IMG/VR virus record: IMGVR_UViG_3300013999_000001
Span: 1 to 64,000 of that record
Direction: 5' to 3' (one strand)
Length of the DNA stretch: 64,000 nucleotides
From: a virus
Lineage: Duplodnaviria; Caudoviricetes
Part shown: piece after piece, positions 56,870 through 64,000 of the stretch
How positions within the stretch are numbered: the first letter of the stretch is position 1
Layout of the letters: the number at the start of each line of letters is the position of its first letter
Notes under the pieces: generated by a model
Told to the model about the DNA's origin: nothing
The model's input: the letters and a program-made list of their open reading frames with translations, nothing else
The model's database searches: none
Program-made: the position numbers and the translations under genes

Positions 56870-57102
56870 TGGCCCGTAACGCGCTGGAGCGCGACAGCAA
56901 CCCTCACGGTCACCGCTACTACTTCGATCCTCTATCCCGAACGCATATCTGCAATGTGTGCGGCACCTGCAAGCGGCGGAACGGTGTTTTCTGGTGGGCG
57001 GGCAAGTGGTCACGTCAGGAACCGCCATGCGGGCATGACAGCCCGCCACAAAGAATCTGGCACGACAATGCGAATCCCGACCCGGACCCCGATAAAATTT
57101 AA
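56869..57102 (+). CDS. Small zinc-binding hypothetical protein
   Basis: 77 aa from ATG overlapping the ref stop; H.C..C..C motif, WWAGKWSRQEPPC. Confidence 0.55.
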   Translation: MARNALERDSNPHGHRYYFDPLSRTHICNVCGTCKRRNGVFWWAGKWSRQEPPCGHDSPPQRIWHDNANPDPDPDKI

Positions 57103-57128
57103 AAAAAATTCTTGACCGGCAAAAACAC

Positions 57129-57149
57129 AAAGTACAAACCGTTTATTGT
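57129..57149 (+). promoter_or_regulatory. Candidate late promoter (mat-26-25-7-24-6-5 operon)
   Basis: AAAGTACAAA-ccgtt-TATTGT. Confidence 0.5.
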
Positions 57150-57233
57150 TCCCGCAGCCATTGGTTCCCACGAGGGTACTTTTGACAATTTACTTCCTGC
57201 TAAGCGCGGACGGGACACCAATAGCCAGCAAGG

Positions 57234-57254
57234 GGCCGCATTAGCGGCCTTTTT
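57234..57254 (+). terminator. Terminator-like hairpin in the mat leader
   Basis: GGCCGC-ATTA-GCGGCC plus T-run. Confidence 0.6.
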
Positions 57255-57274
57255 GCTTTTCTGAGAGAGAGAAC

Positions 57275-57931
57275 ATGAACCAGAAGATCGCCGTTATCAC
57301 GCTGACAACAGATAAACCGATGTACATCACGGCGATGTTGTCCGGCGACAACCTGATTATGTCCGCACCTAAGTCGCTGCCGGGGAGCCTTGAAGGCCAG
57401 CGGCAGAAGCTCACTCCGGCAATTGCCAAGCTGCGCAAAAGCGGTTTTAAAGTGCTGGTGGATGAGACAAGCGGCGCTATTTCTGCCGCAACCGGCGCGA
57501 GCCATGTATCCCTGAAATCACGCTTTAACGACGGACGCGCTGCCGTGGTCGTCGGCATCGAGCGCTACAACGAAATGCGTCTGCAAAAGACCATTTCACT
57601 GCCGAGTAAAAACGCGGGCGCATACGATATCCCGGCGAGCATCGTCGATATTGAATTCAACGCCAAAGGGGAAGAGGTCTATCGCATCAACTGGCCTGAC
57701 ATTCGCCCTGAGCACATCCTGACGATCCTTTGCTGTTATGCGACGGTGTATCACCCGGTTGCCTCTGCTGACTACATCAACGCCATGACCGGCGCAGCCG
57801 AGGAAAAACCGCGTGACGGGCTGCTACAGGTATTTTCAAAGCTTGTGAACCACCAGCACGTCACCAGCGCCGCCGCAGTCCCTGCCACGCTTGCTGGCAC
57901 CCGCATCAGTGATGACGAGGTGGTGCTGTGA
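57275..57931 (+). CDS. mat: Probable Mat (particle maturation control)
   Basis: 218 aa downstream of ref; size and position match P1 mat. Confidence 0.55.
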   Translation: MNQKIAVITLTTDKPMYITAMLSGDNLIMSAPKSLPGSLEGQRQKLTPAIAKLRKSGFKVLVDETSGAISAATGASHVSLKSRFNDGRAAVVVGIERYNEMRLQKTISLPSKNAGAYDIPASIVDIEFNAKGEEVYRINWPDIRPEHILTILCCYATVYHPVASADYINAMTGAAEEKPRDGLLQVFSKLVNHQHVTSAAAVPATLAGTRISDDEVVL

Positions 57932-58254
57932 GTTATAACCGTCTGGATGACCGCACCATTGACGACCCGATACTGCTGGCGCTGTTCCATCAGGAAGTTA
58001 TTGCCCGCGCCACCAGCTACAACGCCGATAATATCCAGTACACCATTAAGCCGGACGAGGCTCAACGTTCCGATCTTGCCGCCTTTCGCGCCTACGAAAA
58101 CGCCGAGCTGCGCTGGGTGTTTCGCCTGCTGGTGGGCCACGAAGCGGAAACCGAAAACATGCCGATCGGCACCACGCTGACTCTGCCAGCTATCACCTGG
58201 TTGCGCGATCGCATGCGCGACTATGCTGGTGCGCCGGAGTTAATCAGTGGCTGA
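57928..58254 (+). CDS. Baseplate protein, P1 gp26-like
   Basis: 108 aa; Y.IKPDEAQRSDLAAFRAY, LTLPAITWLRDR; gpX/LysM-like; synteny. Confidence 0.7.
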   Translation: MSYNRLDDRTIDDPILLALFHQEVIARATSYNADNIQYTIKPDEAQRSDLAAFRAYENAELRWVFRLLVGHEAETENMPIGTTLTLPAITWLRDRMRDYAGAPELISG

Positions 58255-59452
58255 GTTCCCGCGCGCCAGCAACGGGCGCTATCAGACCGAAGGGCTTTCT
58301 TCGAAAGAGTTTGAGCGTCTTTTCTCGCAGATAGAAAAGGACAAGCGCAGTAAGCGCCGCCAGGCACGGCGGACGCTGACCCCGCTAACGCTCAAGAACA
58401 AAAACGCTGATGACATCATTGCGCTGGGGAAGAAGAAAAAAGACGGCACGTTTTTCACTGCCGATGACCTGCAACAGTTCGCCAAAAATCGCAAGTTTTT
58501 ACGCCAGAAGCTCAATTCCGGCGTGGCGGGCATCACCTATGCGCAGCTGGTGGCCGCAAGCCTCGACATTGATATCAAGCGCGCAAACAACAAGGTCGAT
58601 GACGGCAGCGGCATCAAGCGGGCCACGCCTTCGACCCTGAAACACAATGAGATCACCATTAGCGTGGAAGCCTCAGAGCGCAGCGAGGACCAGCATCACC
58701 GCGTGAAGGTCCGTTTTGAGGAGTGGGATCAGCTCATTGACGATCTGAGCGATGAGAAAAACGCCACGCGGGTGGCAAAGCGTCTGTGTGCTGGCCGTGT
58801 GTCGTTCGACTGTGATTGTGGCCGTCATCAATACTGGTATCGCTACATCGCCACTGCCGGGAATTTTGCCCTGGCCCCACCGAAGGAATACGCCTACCCC
58901 AAAATCAAGAACCCGAATCTGTCCGGGCTGGCATGCAAGCATGTGATCCACGCGATGACACGGCTTCAATCGTCAAGCTGGCAGATGAGTATCGGCAAAG
59001 CGATGCTCAAAGCCGCTTCCCGCGTGGCATTTGGCGACGACAGACGCCGGACAACCCAGCACTTCACCGATGAAGATCGCAAACAGTTTGGCCGTAACCG
59101 TAACGCCCAGACAAACAAAGCCGCAGCCAGCGCCGAGTATGAGCGTTACCAGAAGCGCCAGCTGGCGTTAGGCAAGCAGATTGGCCGCGATACCAAAAAG
59201 CTGGAGCAGCTGAGCAAGCAGCTGGTGAAGGCCAGGAAGCAAAGCGCCACGCAGCGCGCCCGCTCCGCAGAGAAAGAAGCGAAGCTCAAGCAGGAAAAAG
59301 AGAAGAACAAGCTGTTACAGCAGCAACTGGCGGACCAGTTCAAGGTCCAGAAACAGGCGTTCACCGATGCGCTGATAGCAACGGGAATGAGCCGCAAAGA
59401 GGCTGAGAAACGCTTCATGGATTACGTGAAAAACAAAGGCACCCCTTCATGA
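58247..59452 (+). CDS. Tail stability protein, P1 gp25-like, with SWIM-like zinc motif
   Basis: 401 aa; VSFDCDCGRHQYWYRY...GLACKHV; coiled-coil C-terminus. Confidence 0.75.
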   Translation: MAEFPRASNGRYQTEGLSSKEFERLFSQIEKDKRSKRRQARRTLTPLTLKNKNADDIIALGKKKKDGTFFTADDLQQFAKNRKFLRQKLNSGVAGITYAQLVAASLDIDIKRANNKVDDGSGIKRATPSTLKHNEITISVEASERSEDQHHRVKVRFEEWDQLIDDLSDEKNATRVAKRLCAGRVSFDCDCGRHQYWYRYIATAGNFALAPPKEYAYPKIKNPNLSGLACKHVIHAMTRLQSSSWQMSIGKAMLKAASRVAFGDDRRRTTQHFTDEDRKQFGRNRNAQTNKAAASAEYERYQKRQLALGKQIGRDTKKLEQLSKQLVKARKQSATQRARSAEKEAKLKQEKEKNKLLQQQLADQFKVQKQAFTDALIATGMSRKEAEKRFMDYVKNKGTPS

Positions 59453-60174
59453 CCGGACCCTATGACCACTGGTTAGACGACGAGGATCAGCCCGTCATTA
59501 TCGCCCCGCAGCCAGACCAGCCCACGCCGCCCGCCGTCACGGAGCTGGACGACGCATTCACGCCCGCGCCGGTCGAAGATACGGACGACGTACCGCACCG
59601 GAACGATGACGAGCCGGACGCAGCCAGTCTGCCGTCTGCGCTGGCCGAACGCGCTCAGGACACCAGCCTGAAACCCCGATTTAAGGGGCATGCGCCGCTT
59701 AATAACACCGTCCGCAAGGACTGGATCAGGGTGATTGAGCTGGACCCGGATAACTTCGACGCCCTGCTGTTCCGCCCGGACCCCGAGGACGTAGGCGAGG
59801 TAGACGAGGAAACCGGGCTGGAGGGCCAGTCGTTTACTGAAATTAACAACAACCAGCGTGACCTGCGCTATCAGGACCCGGTAACGGTAAAGGTTATAGA
59901 TTGCCCTGATGACCGGGATTCATTTCATGCCGTGGATGCGGACGGCGAGCAGGACGGGCTATCTGATGAAATCCAACTCCTGCGCATCGCCGCCGAGGGG
60001 GTAAGCGTCGGCTCTATCCTCACCTGGAATGAAGAAATGGCGTCCGGGAAGCTGGCGCAACGCTGGTGGTACGTACACCGCATATTCAGCTTTGGGACTC
60101 AGCACGTCGGATCGCTCTACTACTGCATTCCGGCGCGTAATCTGGACTCTACCGAGGGAGGTAAAGTGACGTGA
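59449..60174 (+). CDS. Tail protein, P1 gp7-like
   Basis: 241 aa; VRKDWIRVIELDPDNFDALLFRP, WWYVHRIFSFG; synteny. Confidence 0.7.
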   Translation: MTGPYDHWLDDEDQPVIIAPQPDQPTPPAVTELDDAFTPAPVEDTDDVPHRNDDEPDAASLPSALAERAQDTSLKPRFKGHAPLNNTVRKDWIRVIELDPDNFDALLFRPDPEDVGEVDEETGLEGQSFTEINNNQRDLRYQDPVTVKVIDCPDDRDSFHAVDADGEQDGLSDEIQLLRIAAEGVSVGSILTWNEEMASGKLAQRWWYVHRIFSFGTQHVGSLYYCIPARNLDSTEGGKVT

Positions 60175-60935
60175 ATAAGGAACTACTAGCCCGCCACCGG
60201 GAATGGAAATTAACCCCTACCGGCAAATTTGAAGTGACCGGATTTTCCGCCGTCGATGCCGCAGTAGCTGCGAAAATCAGCGACACATTCAGCCGCGTAT
60301 CGGTCACACACGCGGACCCGGCGCGCGCACGTTTTGCCTCCTTCCTGGCGAGAGCGCCCAAAGACCGCGTTTTTGTCGGTCAGTATGATTCCGTGGTCGA
60401 GTTTCTGGCCGCATTGCGCCGTGCAGCTGCCGGACGTGGCAGCGTGCCGGAGAACGTGCCGGTTAACCGTGACGCTCTGCCGCTGGTCAACATTTCCCGA
60501 TCGTTTGATCTGGCCTATGAGAGCAACGATTACCAGCGCGATCGCCGTGATGCTGGTTTTATTTACTGCGACGACGGCGTTACACCTGCCGCTGTGCTGG
60601 AAATAACCCAGGCCACATTGACCTACAACGTGTCGCTCATTGCCGCCGAGAAAACGACGTTAGGACTGATGTGTAACGCATTTGCCGGAGATCTCCGTTT
60701 CCTCTCCAACACCAGCTTTAAGGCGCAGGAAAAGATCGTTAACGTCATGGTCGAGGTGGATTGCTGCATTACCGAAGCCAAAGGCACCGGCTTTACCGAT
60801 ATCTCACCTCCGCTCACTGAAAACCGCATATTCGCCGCCCAGGCAATGGTTATGGTGATGGCCGATGTGTATCTGGCGTGGGAAGTGGATGCCACGCGTA
60901 TCCGGGTGGAAACCGTCAGTAACGTGTTGAGGTAA
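60171..60935 (+). CDS. Tail/baseplate protein, P1 gp24-like
   Basis: 254 aa; synteny between gp7 and gp6. Confidence 0.7.
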   Translation: MNKELLARHREWKLTPTGKFEVTGFSAVDAAVAAKISDTFSRVSVTHADPARARFASFLARAPKDRVFVGQYDSVVEFLAALRRAAAGRGSVPENVPVNRDALPLVNISRSFDLAYESNDYQRDRRDAGFIYCDDGVTPAAVLEITQATLTYNVSLIAAEKTTLGLMCNAFAGDLRFLSNTSFKAQEKIVNVMVEVDCCITEAKGTGFTDISPPLTENRIFAAQAMVMVMADVYLAWEVDATRIRVETVSNVLR

Positions 60936-60937
60936 CT

Positions 60938-61918
60938 ATGGCCCAGCTCCAGCAGTATTTTTTACAGTCCGCCACGCTGAACGGCCAGGTAATTCCGCGT
61001 GACTGGGTAAACAGCACTCTGTATCTCGAAAAGACCAAACTCACCGGGCCTCTGGTGCGTCTGGAAGTCAGGGACGCCACCGGTTCGATAACCGATGACT
61101 TTAAAGCCGCCTACGGGGCAACGCTGGTGGTGGAATTTGGCGATCCGACCGGGACACGCGGCACCATCAAAGAGACGTTCTTTGTTACGTCAGCACCTGC
61201 CCGGGGCGATGTGATAGAGATTGTTGGCGTGAGTATGGATTTGAAGCGGGTCAAAACAGCAGTATCCGGGGCAAGGTTGTACGCAAACCGCCAGCCGGGG
61301 GATATCCTCGCCGATTTTGCTGGTGGGCTGACAGTGGAGGCTGACGCGTTTAAAAAGGCATGCACCTATCACCTGAATATGGGCGAAAAGCCGTCCGTGG
61401 TGCTGAGCCAGGTTGCCCGCGACAATGGCGCGCTGGTCTGGATGGCTCGCGGTAAGTTTTATGTCAAAGAAATGGCCCGCCTGATTAAGACCAAAGCGGC
61501 GTTTGTCTATGAGGCTAACAACCCGGCAGCGGCCTATACAATCAGCCGTCAGCAGAATATCAATCAGGATTCCGCCGCCACCGACAGCCGCCAGTACCGG
61601 TTTGTCGGCTACTCCATGACAGACGGTTTTATGGAAGCAGGAGACGCGGCGCTGCCAGTTAAATACGTGTCCGATGCGGACATGGCCACGCTGAAAAATA
61701 TGCAACAGGTGCTGGTGCCGAAACTGGATATAGAGGTATCCGGCAACCCGGACATTACCGCAGGCATGGTGATTGGCATTCAGATCCACCGTTACGACAA
61801 TCAGAACCAAACGGACGAGTCTCTGCCGAAAAACTTCATCGTGGAGCGTGTGGCCCACTATGAGGACCGTATTTCGTACACCACGCGCGCCATTCTGGGA
61901 GTGCCTCACATTGAGTAA
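60938..61918 (+). CDS. Baseplate hub/tail-length protein, P1 gp6-like
   Basis: 326 aa; gpD/gp27-like layout; precedes spike gene. Confidence 0.7.
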   Translation: MAQLQQYFLQSATLNGQVIPRDWVNSTLYLEKTKLTGPLVRLEVRDATGSITDDFKAAYGATLVVEFGDPTGTRGTIKETFFVTSAPARGDVIEIVGVSMDLKRVKTAVSGARLYANRQPGDILADFAGGLTVEADAFKKACTYHLNMGEKPSVVLSQVARDNGALVWMARGKFYVKEMARLIKTKAAFVYEANNPAAAYTISRQQNINQDSAATDSRQYRFVGYSMTDGFMEAGDAALPVKYVSDADMATLKNMQQVLVPKLDIEVSGNPDITAGMVIGIQIHRYDNQNQTDESLPKNFIVERVAHYEDRISYTTRAILGVPHIE

Positions 61919-62567
61919 GAAACGTGCTGTTATCGCCGGGACCAAACACCCGGGCGGGCTGGTGCGCGCGCAGATCCGCCTGCTGCCGGAGTGGAACGGC
62001 GTACCCGAAGAGAATTTGCCGTGGGCGGAGTACATGCTGGGGATCGGCAACGCCTTTACTCCGACCGTTACCGGTGATCTGGTCTGGGTGGAGTTTCCGT
62101 ATACCGATGCCCGGGGAAAGCCGGACACACGGCGACCGCTTATCGTAGGCGCAGCACAAGACGCCCCGGGCGGTGTGCCAAACGTTGCGCCGGAGGCTTC
62201 CGGGCAGGGTGAACCGTGGGCTCCGGGAGAAATTGATGGAGCGCCGGCACGCCCAAAAACAGTGTCAACGGAGGATTTTGTTGTCCATCGCAATAACATC
62301 CTGGAAGTGCGAACGGCTGGCGGCGGATATGAGATAGCAAACACCGCAGCTGGCGCTCGCGTCGGCATGAACGAATCGGGGGAAATGTATCTCATCGGCC
62401 CGGGAAACCTGCTGCTTAATATGGCAGGGGATATTATTGCCAAGGCCGGGGGCAAGATCATGTTTGAGTCTGGCGCGGACACATCCATGAAGTCAGGGGC
62501 GAAAATTGACATGACAGCCGCTGGTGCGCTGAACGGAAAAGCTGCGTCGGTATCGTTTTCAAAATAA
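61911..62567 (+). CDS. Baseplate spike protein, P1 gp5-like (gpV-type)
   Basis: TTG start at 61911; OB-fold (VRAQIRLLPEW..LPWAEY..P..GDLVWVEF) plus beta-helix repeats. Confidence 0.75.
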   Translation: MSKKRAVIAGTKHPGGLVRAQIRLLPEWNGVPEENLPWAEYMLGIGNAFTPTVTGDLVWVEFPYTDARGKPDTRRPLIVGAAQDAPGGVPNVAPEASGQGEPWAPGEIDGAPARPKTVSTEDFVVHRNNILEVRTAGGGYEIANTAAGARVGMNESGEMYLIGPGNLLLNMAGDIIAKAGGKIMFESGADTSMKSGAKIDMTAAGALNGKAASVSFSK

Positions 62568-62574
62568 ATAACAG

Positions 62575-62585
62575 TAATTCTAATT
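62575..62585. promoter_or_regulatory. Candidate C1 operator upstream of rdgC-dmt
   Basis: Minus strand AATTAGAATTA; next to a 9-bp inverted repeat AAATTACCC/GGGTAATTT. Confidence 0.4.
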
Positions 62586-62631
62586 GCTGTCTGATAAATT
62601 ACCCGTAATTTGTGCATTGGGTAATTTGAAA

Positions 62632-63540
62632 ATGAAAACGCCTTTCCTGAAAAACGTCTGCATCTACCGCCTTTCCCGGGACTTCAAGTTGGACCCGGAC
62701 GCGCTCGAAAAACAAATGGCAGAGTTCGCCTTCACCCCTTGCGGTTCGCAGGATATGAGCCGCAGGGGGTGGGTGAACGTCACGCCTGAAAAGCTGTTCA
62801 TTGAGCATGAAGACAGCTTCCTGCTGTGCTGCCAGCACCAGGCAAAAATCATTCCCAATCCCGTCATTAACGATGCCGTGGCCGAGCGTGTCGCCAAAAT
62901 TGAGGCCGACCAGGGGCGCAAAATTCGCCGCATAGAACGTTTAAGCATCAAAGATGAAGTGCTGCATACCCTGCTGCCGCGCGCGTTCTCAAAGAACACC
63001 AGCAATTACGTCTGGGTGGATGTCGCCCACCAGCTCGTTTTCGTGGAAGCATCCAGCGCCCGTGTCGCTGAGGATTTACTGGGCCTGCTGCGCAAAACGC
63101 TCGGCTCGCTGCCGGTTGTTCCATTGATGATGGAAACCCCCATTGAATTGACTATTACCGACTGGCTGAAAAAAAACGCGATGCCTGCCGGTTACGCTGC
63201 CGGAAGCGAGGCCGTGTTAAAGGCGATTCTGGAGAATGGCGGGGCTTTACGTGTCAGCAAGCAGGACCTGCTGAGCGACGAAATCACAAACCATATCGAC
63301 GCCGGTAAACTCGCCACCACACTGGCGCTGGACTGGCAAAAGCGGATCACGTTCCGTCTGGCTGACGATATGACGATTAAAGCCATTCACTATGCCGACG
63401 ATCTGCGCGATCAGAATGACGACATCGAGCGCGAGGACATTCATTCCCGCATGGTCGCTGACTTCATCCTGTTTAAGGCGGAGTTTGGCGCGCTGCTGGC
63501 TTCACTGATTGACGTGCTGGGTGGCGAATATGCTCGGTAA
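62632..63540 (+). CDS. rdgC: Recombination-associated protein RdgC (P1 HrdC)
   Basis: FLKNVCIYRL, FTPCGSQDMSRRGWV, LLPRAFSK, LRKTLGSLPVVP. Confidence 0.93.
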   Translation: MKTPFLKNVCIYRLSRDFKLDPDALEKQMAEFAFTPCGSQDMSRRGWVNVTPEKLFIEHEDSFLLCCQHQAKIIPNPVINDAVAERVAKIEADQGRKIRRIERLSIKDEVLHTLLPRAFSKNTSNYVWVDVAHQLVFVEASSARVAEDLLGLLRKTLGSLPVVPLMMETPIELTITDWLKKNAMPAGYAAGSEAVLKAILENGGALRVSKQDLLSDEITNHIDAGKLATTLALDWQKRITFRLADDMTIKAIHYADDLRDQNDDIEREDIHSRMVADFILFKAEFGALLASLIDVLGGEYAR

Positions 63541-64000
63541 CACCATTACCAACCAGCTGAGTTACGGCTCGGTTTGTAGCGGCATTGAAGCAGCCAGCAT
63601 TGCCTGGGAACCGCTGGGACTGCGCCCTTTATGGTTCGCTGAGATTGAGAAATTCCCTTCCGCCGTCCTCGCGCACCACTGGCCGCACATCACCAACCTG
63701 GGCGACATGACCAAAATCGCTGCGGCTATACGCGCGGGCGACGTGGAAGCGCCCGACATTCTGGTAGGTGGTACACCCTGCCAGGCATTCAGCATTGCCG
63801 GTTTGCGTAAGGGCCTATCCGATGCGCGCGGGCAGTTAACATTAGCTTTTGTGGAATTAGCAAATGCCATCGACGACGTTAGAAAAGCCGCAGGTAAGCC
63901 GCCCTGCATCATCATCTGGGAAAACGTGCCAGGCGTCCTCACAAGCCAGGATAACGCATTCGGAAACTTCATTGCCGGACTGGCTGGCGCAGATGAAGCA
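63530..64000 (+). CDS. dmt: C5-cytosine DNA methyltransferase (P1 Dmt-like), 3' truncated by window end
   Basis: ATG 63530; YGSVCSGIEAAS (motif I), LVGGTPCQAFSIAG (motif IV), WENVPGV (motif VI); not in ORF track. Confidence 0.9.
   Translation, partial: MLGNTITNQLSYGSVCSGIEAASIAWEPLGLRPLWFAEIEKFPSAVLAHHWPHITNLGDMTKIAAAIRAGDVEAPDILVGGTPCQAFSIAGLRKGLSDARGQLTLAFVELANAIDDVRKAAGKPPCIIIWENVPGVLTSQDNAFGNFIAGLAGADEA

Larger units (their letters stand above)
1..64000. mobile_element. P1/D6-like phage-plasmid (Punavirus-type prophage), partial
   Basis: Co-occurrence and synteny of darA/darB/ddrA/ddrB/hdf, lydA/lydB, prt/pro, pacA/pacB, c1, Cre/Dre-family recombinase, ref, repL and P1-type tail genes. 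Confidence 0.97.

Noticed and set aside
61190-62617. 475-aa minus-strand ORF
   Set aside because: Antisense to gp6/gp5 homologs; low-complexity shadow ORF

Overview
The whole 64 kb window is part of a P1/D6-like phage-plasmid (Punavirus-type prophage) of an enterobacterial host. P1-type modules recognisable in order: end of sit, pmgA, bplA, gp16, R, tail fibre S (no cin invertase or U gene next to it), lydA/lydB, hdf-darA-ddrA-ddrB-hxr, a TIGR02594-type endolysin, repL, pro-prt, darB-ulx-lxc, pmgS, tRNAs, lpa, pacA-pacB, c1, a Dre-like recombinase with a rox-like 32-bp site, higBA, a long accessory block, ref-mat, tail/baseplate genes 26-25-7-24-6-5, rdgC (hrdC) and the start of a C5 DNA methyltransferase. 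Departures from P1 include a ParM/ParR partition cassette inserted between lpa and pacA, enlarged gp16 and DarA, and a catalytically degenerate dUTPase-fold protein. Two regulons can be read from the DNA: a late-promoter motif (AAAnnACAGA-N5-TAnnnT, 9 copies) and a candidate C1 operator (core TTAGAATT, about 13 copies). The most unusual feature is a gene-poor region of about 1.9 kb (33.75-35.70 kb), plus a second 0.4 kb island (36.28-36.69 kb). Both are tiled with distinct structured RNA-like domains, three of which share a tRNA-top-half architecture, and the first ends in an aberrant tRNA-like RNA and a tRNA-Ile2(CAT). All gene names come from recalled sequence similarity and synteny; no database search or folding program was run.
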